From: Acidimicrobiia bacterium
GTDB lineage: Bacteria > Acidobacteriota > Vicinamibacteria > Vicinamibacterales > UBA2999
Direction: 5' to 3'
NCBI GenBank assembly: GCA_038144855.1
Contig: JAYQOO010000001.1
Location: forward strand, 2,237-66,236
DNA: 64,000 nucleotides
The position numbers were made by a program, and so were the translations under genes. Numbering within the stretch: the stretch's first letter is position 1; every line of letters begins with the position of its first letter. The notes under the pieces are model-generated. The model searched no databases. It had not been told where the DNA came from and saw only the letters and a program-made list of their open reading frames with translations. Positions 8,722 to 18,693 of this stretch are shown in pieces.

Positions 8722-11700
8722 TCACCTCGCCTGGGCGAGTCCCTGGCGCGCGACCGGCGAATCCGGCACCAGCCAGAGCGCTTCCGCGAAGTAGCGCGCC
8801 GCCAGCCGGCGATTCCCTGCACCCAGCTCGAGCACGCCAAGATTCTCGTAGGCGGTGCTGTCATGCGCCTCGAACGACAAGGATCGCAGGAAGGCCTGTC
8901 GCGCCGGATCGAGCTGGCCGAGCCTGGTGTACGCCGCGCCAATCAGGTCGTAGGTCGGCGCGTAATTCGGGTCGAGCGCAATCGCCCGCTGCGCCGCTGC
9001 GACCGCGCCGTCCGCGTCACCATGCAGAAACGACGCAACGGCCGCGTAGTATTCGCTCGCCGCCTGCTGCGGAGCGATTGTCCGGAGCTTCGTCACCGTG
9101 GCATCAAGCTGCACCGTGTCGGCGGCGTCCGCCTGCAGTGCCGCCACCTGCATCAGGGCGGATGCGCTCAGCAGGTCGTCCTCGCTGAAAATGGCTCGCG
9201 CCTCTTCGCGGCGCCCTGCTGCCGCCAGCAACTGCGAGCGAGCCACCTTGCCGGCGCCGGGCACCTTCTCAAGCGCCTCGCCAGCCTTCTTCAGGATCAG
9301 GGCGGTCTTCACCAACCCCTCCTCAGCCAGGCCGTCGCCTGCCGATACGGCGCGAATGTAGACCTCATACGCCAACTGGAAATGATCGGCCTTGGCGAGC
9401 ATGGCGGCGCGGTTCCGCCACTGCGACGCGCTGGCTGCCGGTCGAGGTTTCGCCTGCCCGCGCAGCGCCGCGCCATTCTTGCCGGCGTTGCGATTGTGCA
9501 GCTCCCGTGGCGCCGTGAACTCCAGCGTGATGCGGTCGTCGACGAAGACCGGGGCGTTACCGGCGTACGCGTTCAGTGGCGCCGCGTCTGCCACGAACAA
9601 CGACTCGATCGAGAACGCGTCCACGACGCCAACTGACGCCAGGTCCTTCGCCGCATCGGGCCGCTGCATGTTGGTGGCGATCTTCGCGCTGACGTTGGCG
9701 AGTGGCGCGTCGGTCCCGAGCAGCAGCACGTCGTCACTGCCGACCAGCCAGACCGTGCCGTTCGGGAAGACCTCGAAGAATGTCTTGAGGATCGACTTCA
9801 GGTCAGGTTCGCTGATGTTGTAGGCATTCGCCCACTGGCAGAAGATGCCGCCAGGCGTGAGACGCGCTTTCGCGCTTGCGAAGAACTCGCGCGTGAACAG
9901 CGACGACACGCCGGCAATCCACGGGTTCGACGGTTCGGAGACGATCACGTCGTATTGCCGATCGGTCAGCGCCAGGTGCGAACGGCCGTCTCCGACGATC
10001 AGGTTGGTCTTCGGATTGGCGAGAGCGTCAAGGTTTTCCGTCTTGAAGAACGCCGACGCCTTGATCACCTCGGGAGAGATTTCGATCACGTCAGCGCGCT
10101 GAATGGGATGGGTCAGCGCCGCCCCGGCCGTCATGCCGCTGCCCAACCCGATGATGAAGACGTCCTTCGGATCGTCGTGCAGCAACAGCGGCAGGTGCGC
10201 GATCAGTTTTTGCGTCAGCATGTCGCCCCGATTCGACGCATCGGTCTTGCCGTCGACGGCAAGCGTGGTCGTGCCGGTCAGTTTCTTGACGGACACGGTG
10301 GCCGATGCGCCTTCCTCGTAGAACAACAGCTCGCCCGCCTTCAATTGGGTTTCGAGGTCGAGATCCTTCGGCACATACGGCGCATACATGTAGGCGCCCG
10401 AGGCAAGCAGTTCACGATCCCATTGCGGGCTGGTGACAACGAGGAGGGCGGCAGCGGCTGCTGTCGACAAGCCGGCAACGCGCGCTCGGGAAGGCAGGCC
10501 ACCACGAAGCGCCAGGACCACGACGCAGACGATCAGGCTGCCGCTGGCAATCCACAGCGTGGCCTGCACGCCAAGCGCGGGAATGAACAGGAACCCGGCC
10601 GCAAGCGAGCCGGCCACCGATCCGATCGTATTCACGGCATAGACGACGCCAAATCGTCCGGCCGCTGGCGTGGTGCGATCGCCGGCGAGCGCGAGCGCCA
10701 GGGGGAACGCCGCACCGAGGCACGCCGACGTCGGCAGGATCAGGCCAAGCGTCAGCAACACGCCGCGCGCGAGCAACTGGTTGAAGTCGGCGAGATCGGC
10801 GACGTACTTGGCTACCAGCAGCGGCACGCTCGTAGCGGCGATCGAGTACGTCCATCCCGCGGTGACGGCCGCCAGCGAGAGCGCTCCGACCAGCATGCTT
10901 GCGGCGTTGGCGCCTCGCCGGGACACCAGCCAGGCACCAATCCCGGATCCGATCGCAACGCCGGCAATGACCGCGGCCAGCGTTGCGGCAAACGCATACG
11001 TCGTCGGGCCAAGGATCAGCGACAAGATGCGGGTCCACGCGATTTCGTGGACGAGTGCCGCAAAGCCGGTGACACCAAGAATGGCGATCACCAGCCCCGG
11101 AGCGCGACTGTCCGACGACGGGTCGCCCGGCGCGGGCTTGGCGATCGTGCCCTCTCCAACATTCACCCGCAGCACCGCGGTCACGCATGCGGCTGCGAGC
11201 AACGTCCCCGCCATGGCCACATAGGTGGTGGCCTGCATGCCGATTGATGGGATCAAGACGAATCCCGCGAGCATCGATCCCACCGCGGCGCCGATCGTGT
11301 TGACGAAATACAGCGTGCCGCTCTCAGCGGCTGGGCGATCCGACGACCGCGAGAACCACCGAATCGCCATCGGGAATGTCGCGCCCAGCGCCAGCGCCGG
11401 GAGCATCACCATCACGATGCAGCTGAGCACGCGCACCAGCGGAAAGAGTGGACCGGCGCCGTTCTCATAGGTGGCGCTGAGCAGGGGCCGCAGTAACTGC
11501 AGCTCGACCGGCAACAGCAGTGCACACACGACAACCGCGATTTCGAGGGCGACGTACGCCTTCAGGCAGGTGCGTGGCGTCAATTTCGAGGCAGCCCTGC
11601 CCCCGACCGCGGCGCCGATCGCCAATCCGCCCAGAAACGCGGCAACGACAGCGCTGGCCGCTGCGGTGGTGTGACCGATGTAGAGCGTGAGCAGCCGGGT

Positions 11701-11772
11701 CCAGGTCACCTCGTAGACGAGACCCGCCAGGCCCGAGCAGGCGTAGGCAATCAGAAACAGCCGCGACGTCAC
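8722..11772 (-). CDS. Fused MFS/spermidine-synthase-like protein with C-terminal TPRs
   Basis: SGLAGLVYEVTWTR duplicated membrane domain; IIGLGSGMT, GDGRSHL, DVIVSEPSNPW; TPR tail. Confidence 0.85.
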   Translation of the reverse strand: MTSRLFLIAYACSGLAGLVYEVTWTRLLTLYIGHTTAAASAVVAAFLGGLAIGAAVGGRAASKLTPRTCLKAYVALEIAVVVCALLLPVELQLLRPLLSATYENGAGPLFPLVRVLSCIVMVMLPALALGATFPMAIRWFSRSSDRPAAESGTLYFVNTIGAAVGSMLAGFVLIPSIGMQATTYVAMAGTLLAAACVTAVLRVNVGEGTIAKPAPGDPSSDSRAPGLVIAILGVTGFAALVHEIAWTRILSLILGPTTYAFAATLAAVIAGVAIGSGIGAWLVSRRGANAASMLVGALSLAAVTAGWTYSIAATSVPLLVAKYVADLADFNQLLARGVLLTLGLILPTSACLGAAFPLALALAGDRTTPAAGRFGVVYAVNTIGSVAGSLAAGFLFIPALGVQATLWIASGSLIVCVVVLALRGGLPSRARVAGLSTAAAAALLVVTSPQWDRELLASGAYMYAPYVPKDLDLETQLKAGELLFYEEGASATVSVKKLTGTTTLAVDGKTDASNRGDMLTQKLIAHLPLLLHDDPKDVFIIGLGSGMTAGAALTHPIQRADVIEISPEVIKASAFFKTENLDALANPKTNLIVGDGRSHLALTDRQYDVIVSEPSNPWIAGVSSLFTREFFASAKARLTPGGIFCQWANAYNISEPDLKSILKTFFEVFPNGTVWLVGSDDVLLLGTDAPLANVSAKIATNMQRPDAAKDLASVGVVDAFSIESLFVADAAPLNAYAGNAPVFVDDRITLEFTAPRELHNRNAGKNGAALRGQAKPRPAASASQWRNRAAMLAKADHFQLAYEVYIRAVSAGDGLAEEGLVKTALILKKAGEALEKVPGAGKVARSQLLAAAGRREEARAIFSEDDLLSASALMQVAALQADAADTVQLDATVTKLRTIAPQQAASEYYAAVASFLHGDADGAVAAAQRAIALDPNYAPTYDLIGAAYTRLGQLDPARQAFLRSLSFEAHDSTAYENLGVLELGAGNRRLAARYFAEALWLVPDSPVARQGLAQAR

Positions 11773-11858
11773 CGGGCTAGCAGTGTAGCTGGCACAGACA
11801 CGTTCTTACATTCGGTTTCGGCAACGCACGTTAGAATGACCATTCTCCAGGAGTGGTC

Positions 11859-14501
11859 ATGCTTTTGAAACCATCAGTTTTGCTTTTGGGTACCCTGCTG
11901 CTTGTGAGTCCGTTGGCTGAAGCCCGTCAGCCCGGACAGCAGGCGCAGACTCCCGCTCCGATTCGGTCGATCGAGGACCGAACGGCGGGGATGAAGAAGA
12001 TGGACGGGTACTTCCCGCTGTATTGGGATGAGCGCACCGGCAGCTTGTTCCTTGAGATCCCGCGTTTTGACGTCGAGTTCCTGTACTCGAACGGTCTGTC
12101 GGCGGGCCTCGGGTCGAACGACATCGGCCTCGATCGCGGCACCGGCCGCGGCAGCCGCATCGTCGAGTTCCAGCGCGTCGGCCCACAGGTGTTCCTGTCC
12201 CAGCCGAACCAGTCGTTCCGCTCGAGCAGCCCGAACCCGCGCGAACGCAAGTCCGTCGAGGACTCCTTTGCGCGTTCGATCATCTGGGGCTTCCCGGTCG
12301 CGGCAGAAACCGGTGGCCGCGTGCTGGTGGACGCGACGCCGTTCCTGCTGCGTGACATTGCCAACGCCGGCCAGAGCCTGCGCCCGGGCAACTACCAGGT
12401 GGACCGCACCCGCAGCGCGTTCTACATGCCAAACACCAAGAACTTCCCGAAGAACACCGAGGTGGATGTGACCATCACCCTGGTCAACAACCAGACCGGC
12501 GGCGGTGGCGGTGGTGGTGGTGGTCCCGCGCAGGGTCCGCAGCAGATCGGCGCCACTGGCGGTGGTGGTGGCGGCGGCTTCGGCGGCGGCCTGTTCTCCG
12601 GTTCGGTCGCCAGCGTGACGCCGTCGCCGGAGTCGGTGACGCTGCGCCAGCATGCCTCGTTCGTCGAACTCCCGGACGCCAGCACGTTCAAGCCGCGCCA
12701 CGACGATCCCCGCGCAGGCTACGGCGGGGCGACGTTTGTCGACTACAGCGTGCCGATCGCGGAGAACATCCAGTTCCGCTACATCCGCCGTCATCGCCTC
12801 GAGAAGAAGGATCCGACGGCGGCCATCAGCGAACCGGTGAAGCCGATTCAGTACTGGGTTGATGCCGGCGCGCCGGCAGACGTGCAGAAGGCGCTCGTCG
12901 AAGGCGCCATGTGGTGGAACCAGGCCTTCGAAGCGGCCGGGTTCCGCAACGCGTTCAAGGTCGACATCATGCCGGCCGACGCCGACCCGATGGACATTCG
13001 CTACAACATGATCAACTGGGTCCACCGCTCGACGCGCGGCTGGAGCACCGGCGGATCGGTCTCCGATCCGCGCACCGGCGAGATCATCAAGGCCACGGTG
13101 ACGCTCGGCTCGCTGCGCGATCGGCAGGACTACATGATCTTCGAGGGCCTGCTCTCGCCGTACGTCAACGGCGACGAACGCCCGCAGATCCTTTACGAGA
13201 CGGCACTGGCGCGCATCAAGCAGTTGTCGGCGCACGAAGTCGGCCACACGCTGGGCCTCGGGCACAACTACTACGACAGCAGCAAGGGCTGGATCTCGGT
13301 GCTCGACTACCCGCACCCGATGGAAGTCCTGAACGCCGACGGCACGATCGACCTGTCGAAGGCCTACGAGTCGCGAATCGGTGACTGGGACAAGGTGGCG
13401 ATCAACTACGGCTACCGCCAGTTTGCTGCCAACGTCGACGAGAAGGCGGAGCTGAAGAAGATCATCAGCGATGCATGGAAGCAGGACATCCGCTACTACA
13501 CCAACCAGGACACCGATATTCATCCCAAGGTTGAACAGTGGTCCAACGGCGTCAACCAGGGCGATGAACTCACCCGCATGATGGACGTCCGCCGGGCGGC
13601 GCTGAGCCGCATCGGGCTGAACACCATCCGCAAGGACGTCCCGACGGTGATGATCGAAGAGCCGCTGGTGCCGATCTACATGTATCACCGCTACGCGGTC
13701 GAATCGGCCTCGTCGATGATCGCCGGCCAGGACTTCACCTATGCGATGCGCGATGACGGCCACGGCGCGCCGCTCGAGTGGGTGAACGGCGAAATGCAGC
13801 GCAAGGCAATCGACTCGCTGTCGCGCACGCTGAAGCCGTCAGAGCTGACCATTCCCAAGCGCATTCTCGACTTGCTGCCGCCCCGTCCGCCAGGCTACGG
13901 CCTGCATCGCGAACTCTTCCCCCGCACCACGGGCGAAGGTTTCGATCCGATCAATCCAGCGGCGATCGCGGCTGATGTCACGATCGGCTTCATCCTGCAG
14001 GCGGATCGCGCCGCGCGCATGGTGGCGCAGAACGCCGTCGACCAGGCGCTGCCAGGCCTCGGCGAAGTGATCGATCGGCTGATCAGGGCGACCTTCGACC
14101 AGCCGACCTCGGGCAACTACGAAGCGGAAGTCCGCCGTGCGACCGAGCGCGTGCTGGTCGACCGCATCATGTGGCTCGCGCAGGCGGCGCCCAATGCGCA
14201 AGTCCGCGCGATTGCGTCGCTCAAGCTCGAGCGGCTCCGCGCGCGCTCGACCACGACCGCGGCAGCGGCCGCCGGCATGAACGAATCCGAACGCGCGCAT
14301 CGCGCGCTCCTCGCCGCCGACATTAAGCGCTTCATCGAGCGCCCGATGGTGGACGCTGCGGGTGGCCGCATCATGCCCGCCTCGCCCGCACCTCCGGGTG
14401 CGCCGATCGGCGACATGCCGCAGAACTGGCTCGCCCGTCCCCCACTCTGCTCGTGGGACGACGCGATGCCTGAACAGTGGCTGTACTACCAGCCGCAATA
14501 G
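11859..14501 (+). CDS. Zinc-dependent metalloprotease (DUF5118/DUF5117/DUF4953, EcxA-like)
   Basis: AGGAG RBS; signal peptide; DPRTGEIIK; HEVGHTLGLGHNY. Confidence 0.85.
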   Translation: MLLKPSVLLLGTLLLVSPLAEARQPGQQAQTPAPIRSIEDRTAGMKKMDGYFPLYWDERTGSLFLEIPRFDVEFLYSNGLSAGLGSNDIGLDRGTGRGSRIVEFQRVGPQVFLSQPNQSFRSSSPNPRERKSVEDSFARSIIWGFPVAAETGGRVLVDATPFLLRDIANAGQSLRPGNYQVDRTRSAFYMPNTKNFPKNTEVDVTITLVNNQTGGGGGGGGGPAQGPQQIGATGGGGGGGFGGGLFSGSVASVTPSPESVTLRQHASFVELPDASTFKPRHDDPRAGYGGATFVDYSVPIAENIQFRYIRRHRLEKKDPTAAISEPVKPIQYWVDAGAPADVQKALVEGAMWWNQAFEAAGFRNAFKVDIMPADADPMDIRYNMINWVHRSTRGWSTGGSVSDPRTGEIIKATVTLGSLRDRQDYMIFEGLLSPYVNGDERPQILYETALARIKQLSAHEVGHTLGLGHNYYDSSKGWISVLDYPHPMEVLNADGTIDLSKAYESRIGDWDKVAINYGYRQFAANVDEKAELKKIISDAWKQDIRYYTNQDTDIHPKVEQWSNGVNQGDELTRMMDVRRAALSRIGLNTIRKDVPTVMIEEPLVPIYMYHRYAVESASSMIAGQDFTYAMRDDGHGAPLEWVNGEMQRKAIDSLSRTLKPSELTIPKRILDLLPPRPPGYGLHRELFPRTTGEGFDPINPAAIAADVTIGFILQADRAARMVAQNAVDQALPGLGEVIDRLIRATFDQPTSGNYEAEVRRATERVLVDRIMWLAQAAPNAQVRAIASLKLERLRARSTTTAAAAAGMNESERAHRALLAADIKRFIERPMVDAAGGRIMPASPAPPGAPIGDMPQNWLARPPLCSWDDAMPEQWLYYQPQ

Positions 14502-14510
14502 GAAGTCGCC

Positions 14511-14590
14511 GGTAGCCAGATGCCAGTAGTCAGTAGCCAGCAATTCAAGAGTTCTTCTGACTACTGGCTACTGGATACCGGCTACTGAAG
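14511..14590. repeat. Inverted arrays of degenerate heptamers (TAGCCAG / CTACTGG)
   Basis: tagccag-atgccag-tagtcag-tagccag then ctactgg-ctactgg-ataccgg-ctactga. Confidence 0.7.
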
Positions 14591-15981
14591 ACGCGTGACA
14601 CGAGCGGCAACAGCATCATGCCGCTCGCGGCCGCGACCATCTTGAACGGCATCCACTCCGGATACGGAATGAGCGCTGGAATATCGAACAGCGGCTCTCC
14701 CCCACCAAGTCTCAGCACCAACGACACGCTGAACGCCGCGACGGATCCGGCGAAGTTGGCCTTCGGATCGTAGAGCGCGTAGACCAGCTGCGGAAACAAC
14801 AACACAAACACCAGATCGCTGGTGAAGAACCAGAGCGCTTGCACGCTCTGGACCTTGATCGCCATCCACACCGCCATCAGGCCAATCACGATGATCGAGG
14901 CGCGCATCAGCGCGGTCAGACCGCGGCTTGAAAGACCCGGCTTGAGCAACCGCAGGCACACGTTCCAACTGACCATCGATCCCGCCGAGAGAATCGACGA
15001 CGAGAAGCTTGAGGTGACCGCACCGATGATGGCGGCCAGGCCCAGCATGCCGATCGCTCCAGGCAGCACGTGCTTGAAGATCATCGGCATCGCATCGGCA
15101 GGCTGAGACGCAAGGCGGGCAGAGAGCTCAGCTGACCACGGGTAACCAAACGCCGCGAGGCCGATCAGGACGGGTGGGATGGTGAGTGCGATCGTGAAGA
15201 ATCCCGAGAGCACTGAATGCGCGCGCGCGGCGTCTGGCGTGCGGCACGACAACACGCGCTGGAAGTAGCTGTTCCACGGCACACCGCCAAGCATCAGCAT
15301 GATGCTGGCGTCCCACCAGCCGACGCTCGAGAACGAGACGTCGTGGGGCGCGGCTTGATAGATGGTCCAGACCGAGTCGAGGCCTCCGGCGGCCGACACG
15401 GCGAATGGGACCGCCACCGCGAGCCCGACACACACCAGCACGAGCTGAAACGCATCGGTGTAGGCCACGGCCCACATCCCGCCGGCCATCGTGTACAGCG
15501 TCACGACGACGGCCGAGATCACGATCCCGGTGACGAGGTTCAGATCCAGGATCACGCCAAACGTCGAGCCCAGTGCCACCAGCAATTCCGCGCTCCAGAA
15601 TGTTTCAGCCAGCACGGCAGGCACGGCCAGGACAACCGCCCAGCGAGCGCCGTAGCGGGCTTCGAACGGGTCAATCAACGTGTGGTATTCGAGCGCGCGC
15701 ATCCGGCGCGCGAAGAAGAGACCGCCGAGGATCAGGCTGAGGCCGAAGCAGACCCCGCCCTGAAGCCCGCTCGCGAGGCTGGAGCGGTAGACACCTTCAG
15801 CGGTGCCGAGCAGATAGCCGCCGTCGACCCAGGTGGCTGTCATGGTGAACGTCGCCAGCCACAGCGGCATGTTGCGGCCGGCCACCATGAACTCGTCCGT
15901 GCCGCCGCGAGCTCGCCTGGACGCCAGCCAGCCGATCAACGCGAACGCCGCGTACATCAGGCCGATGGTCGCGATCGCCAC
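14545..15981 (-). CDS. Sodium:solute symporter, high-affinity choline transporter (SLC5A7)-like
   Basis: TMTATWVDGGYLLGTAE, GGMWAVAYTD, VPWNSYFQRVLS. Confidence 0.8.
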   Translation of the reverse strand: MAIATIGLMYAAFALIGWLASRRARGGTDEFMVAGRNMPLWLATFTMTATWVDGGYLLGTAEGVYRSSLASGLQGGVCFGLSLILGGLFFARRMRALEYHTLIDPFEARYGARWAVVLAVPAVLAETFWSAELLVALGSTFGVILDLNLVTGIVISAVVVTLYTMAGGMWAVAYTDAFQLVLVCVGLAVAVPFAVSAAGGLDSVWTIYQAAPHDVSFSSVGWWDASIMLMLGGVPWNSYFQRVLSCRTPDAARAHSVLSGFFTIALTIPPVLIGLAAFGYPWSAELSARLASQPADAMPMIFKHVLPGAIGMLGLAAIIGAVTSSFSSSILSAGSMVSWNVCLRLLKPGLSSRGLTALMRASIIVIGLMAVWMAIKVQSVQALWFFTSDLVFVLLFPQLVYALYDPKANFAGSVAAFSVSLVLRLGGGEPLFDIPALIPYPEWMPFKMVAAASGMMLLPLVSRVFSSRYPVASSQKNS

Positions 15982-16039
15982 GGCCGTATCCTACGCTCCA
16001 GGAACCCTTGGTCCCTAAACCCTCTGCTAAGATCCCTCG

Positions 16040-16375
16040 ATGGAAGAACGTCGTAATGCTGCGTGGATCGGTGGATCAGTCCTGGTCAAGGGCGCCGTGG
16101 TGTCGAGCGAAGATCTCGTCATCGACGGGCGCGTCGAAGGCACGATCGAACTTGGCAATCACAGTCTCACGATCGGCGCCGGTGCGATCGTCGTCGCAGA
16201 CCTCGTGGCGAAGTCGGTGACGATCGCCGGCACCGTCAAAGGCAGTGTGATGGGAAGCGCGAAAGTCGAGTTGAAGTCGACCGCAAAGCTGGAGGGCGAC
16301 ATCGTCGCACCGCGGTTCGCGATGGAAGAAGGCGCCCTCCTGGTAGGGAAAGTCGATACCGGCGCGCGGAAGTAG
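16040..16375 (+). CDS. Bactofilin (polymer-forming cytoskeletal protein)
   Basis: EDLVIDGRVEGTI..LTIG..VTIAGTVKG..LEGDI..MEEGA. Confidence 0.9.
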   Translation: MEERRNAAWIGGSVLVKGAVVSSEDLVIDGRVEGTIELGNHSLTIGAGAIVVADLVAKSVTIAGTVKGSVMGSAKVELKSTAKLEGDIVAPRFAMEEGALLVGKVDTGARK

Positions 16376-17329
16376 CTACTTCTGCTCTGCGAGCATCTTC
16401 TTGATCTGGGCCACCGTGTTGTTGACCTGGATCATCTGAATGTCCTTGCCAATGGCCTTCGTTGACGGGCTCGGGTCGCCGCTCAGCCCGTTGTTGACGC
16501 GGGGCGGCGCGTTCGGGTCGGCCTGACGTCCACCGCCACCGCCGCCGCGCTGCGGGGGCGGCGGATTCTCACCACGAGCGATCGCGGCTTCACGGGCGAG
16601 ACGCGCATCACGCGCGGCCTTCCACTGTTCCGGTGTCTGACCGGTCGGGTCGAACGGCACCGTCTTGTAGTTCGGACGCACGTAGACGCCGGGCGCCGGT
16701 TCCAGGTACAGCATCTTCGACGTTTCCATCATCGCGCCATGACCGCCGATCGGCAGCTTTTTCTCGTACATGTACATCTGCACGTCGTCCATGTACTTGG
16801 TGTAGAAGTCGGGCACGTAGTAGACGTTGACGCCGCGTGATTCGTACTTCTTGTCCATCTCGTCGGCGGCTTCCTTCATCATCTGCTGGCCGCCACCGTG
16901 ATCGCCCATCACGAAGATGTTCTTGAAACCGTTGAACACCTGGCTTTCGATTTCAGCGAGCTTGAGACCCTTGAAGATCTCGCGCGAGACGGTAATGCCG
17001 CCCGGGATGTTGCTGCCGTCACTGACGCCGGTGGCACCGACGTCGATCGGCATCACGGGTGCGACCAGCGTGTGGCCCACGGCCTTGGCGATGTCGATGG
17101 CCGCGCGCTGCGACATGATCGTGTGGCCGGCGAGGATGTTGTGCGGACCGCGCGCTTCGGTACCGCCGTTGGCGATGATGACGTTGATGAAGCCGGCCTT
17201 CTGCTTCTCGACCACTTCGCTGGACGTCAGCAGTTCGAGCTCGACGAGTTCTGCTACCGGCTTGCCAACCTGCGCGAACACCGGCGCACTGATAACCAGT
17301 GCCGCCATAAATACCGTGAATCGTTTCAT
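16376..17329 (-). CDS. Exported creatininase-family amidohydrolase
   Basis: Signal peptide; [27 protein letters not shown]. Confidence 0.75.
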   Translation of the reverse strand: MKRFTVFMAALVISAPVFAQVGKPVAELVELELLTSSEVVEKQKAGFINVIIANGGTEARGPHNILAGHTIMSQRAAIDIAKAVGHTLVAPVMPIDVGATGVSDGSNIPGGITVSREIFKGLKLAEIESQVFNGFKNIFVMGDHGGGQQMMKEAADEMDKKYESRGVNVYYVPDFYTKYMDDVQMYMYEKKLPIGGHGAMMETSKMLYLEPAPGVYVRPNYKTVPFDPTGQTPEQWKAARDARLAREAAIARGENPPPPQRGGGGGGRQADPNAPPRVNNGLSGDPSPSTKAIGKDIQMIQVNNTVAQIKKMLAEQK

Positions 17330-17330
17330 A

Positions 17331-17374
17331 AAGAAAAATCCCCCAGACCCACAATCACAGTGGGCTGGGGGATT
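17331..17374 (-). terminator. Intrinsic terminator-like hairpin
   Basis: AATCCCCCAG..CCCAC / GTGGG..CTGGGGGATT stem with U-rich tail on minus strand. Confidence 0.65.
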
Positions 17375-17383
17375 CTACTTCTT

Positions 17384-17420
17384 CTGGCCACCGGCTACTG
17401 GCTACCGGCTAACAGCTACT
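17384..17420. repeat. Degenerate heptamer array (GGCTACY)
   Basis: ctggcca-ccggcta-ctggcta-ccggcta-acagcta, same family as 14511-14590. Confidence 0.65.
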
Positions 17421-18633
17421 TCTTCGGCACCAACTTAAGTAGGCGGCCCGCGGCGCCGTCGGTCAGCAGATAGAGCGCGCCATCCGGCCCGGTGCGAACG
17501 TCACGAATGGCTTCCGGCTTTGGCTGCAGATCTTTCAGTAGCCGCTCTTCGCCGGTGATCTTTTCGCCGTTCACCGTCAGTCGCACGAGATCGCGGGTGC
17601 CGTGCCCACCGATGAAGAGGCTGCCGTTCCACTGCGGGAACAGCTTGCCGCTGTAGAACGTCATGCCGCTCGGCCCGATGATCGGGTCCCAGTAGTAAAT
17701 GGGCTGTTCCATGCCGGCCTGCTGCTGGATGCCGCCGGTGATCGCGCCGCCCTGGTACTCGATGCCGTAGGCAATCGTCGGCCAGCCGTAGTCCTTACCC
17801 TTGCGGGAGATGTTCAGTTCATCGCCGCCGCGCGTGCCGTGTTCGACTTCCCACAACTCACCGGTCGTCGGGTTCAGCACCGCCGACTGGATGTTGCGGT
17901 GGCCGAACGACCAGATTTCCGGTCGCACGCCTTCCTTGCCGACGAACGGGTTGTCCTTGGGGATCGAGCCATCGGTGTTGATGCGTACGATCTTGCCCAG
18001 GCCGCTCTCCAGCTTCTGCGCCTGCATGCGGCCGGGCGTGATCGACCGATCGCCCTGCGTCACAAACAGCGTGCCGTCACGGCCGAATACCAGGCGGCTG
18101 CCGAAGTGCAGGGGCGACGCCATCGACGGCGTCTGGTGATAGATCACCTGCACGTCATCGACACGCGGGGCCGTCGCGTCATCCACGAACTTGCCACGTG
18201 CCACCGCAGTGTTGTTCTCGTTGTTCGGCTTCGGCTCGGAGAAGCTCCAGTAGATCAACCCGTTCTTGGCAAACGCGGGATCGAGCGCGACGTCGAGCAA
18301 TCCGCCCTGGCCGCGTGCCGCCACTTCCGGCAGACCCGTCACCGGCGCCGACAACTTGCCGTCGGTGCTCAGCACGCGCAGGCGGCCCGGGCGCTCCGTA
18401 ATGAGCATCTTGCCGCCAGGCAGGAACGCAACGCTCCACGGATTCTGCAATCCCTCGACGACCGTGACGACGTCGAACGCGACGTTCAGCTTCTGTTCGG
18501 GGGCGTCGGTCTGGCCGGCGAAGGCCGGTTTCTGTTCGGGATTGTTGGCCGGGCGAGGATCAACCGGCGTCTGCGCCAGCGCCGGCGCCGCCAACGTCAG
18601 CACGGCCAGCGTCACATACGACTTCAGTCTCAT
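17416..18633 (-). CDS. PQQ-dependent sugar dehydrogenase (GSDH/YliI family)
   Basis: [50 protein letters not shown]. Confidence 0.92.
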   Translation of the reverse strand: MRLKSYVTLAVLTLAAPALAQTPVDPRPANNPEQKPAFAGQTDAPEQKLNVAFDVVTVVEGLQNPWSVAFLPGGKMLITERPGRLRVLSTDGKLSAPVTGLPEVAARGQGGLLDVALDPAFAKNGLIYWSFSEPKPNNENNTAVARGKFVDDATAPRVDDVQVIYHQTPSMASPLHFGSRLVFGRDGTLFVTQGDRSITPGRMQAQKLESGLGKIVRINTDGSIPKDNPFVGKEGVRPEIWSFGHRNIQSAVLNPTTGELWEVEHGTRGGDELNISRKGKDYGWPTIAYGIEYQGGAITGGIQQQAGMEQPIYYWDPIIGPSGMTFYSGKLFPQWNGSLFIGGHGTRDLVRLTVNGEKITGEERLLKDLQPKPEAIRDVRTGPDGALYLLTDGAAGRLLKLVPKK

Positions 18634-18693
18634 AAATTAGGTCTCCCTGGTCTCCCCTGGCGTCATGCGCGTCGGCGGACCAGACAGGAGATT

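Noticed and set aside
11874-13763. Long antisense ORFs (also 56328-57704, 58238-59596, 62363-63892)
   Set aside because: Expected shadows of GC3-rich genes; no motifs
14511-14590. CRISPR array
   Set aside because: 7-bp degenerate units, no spacers, no cas genes
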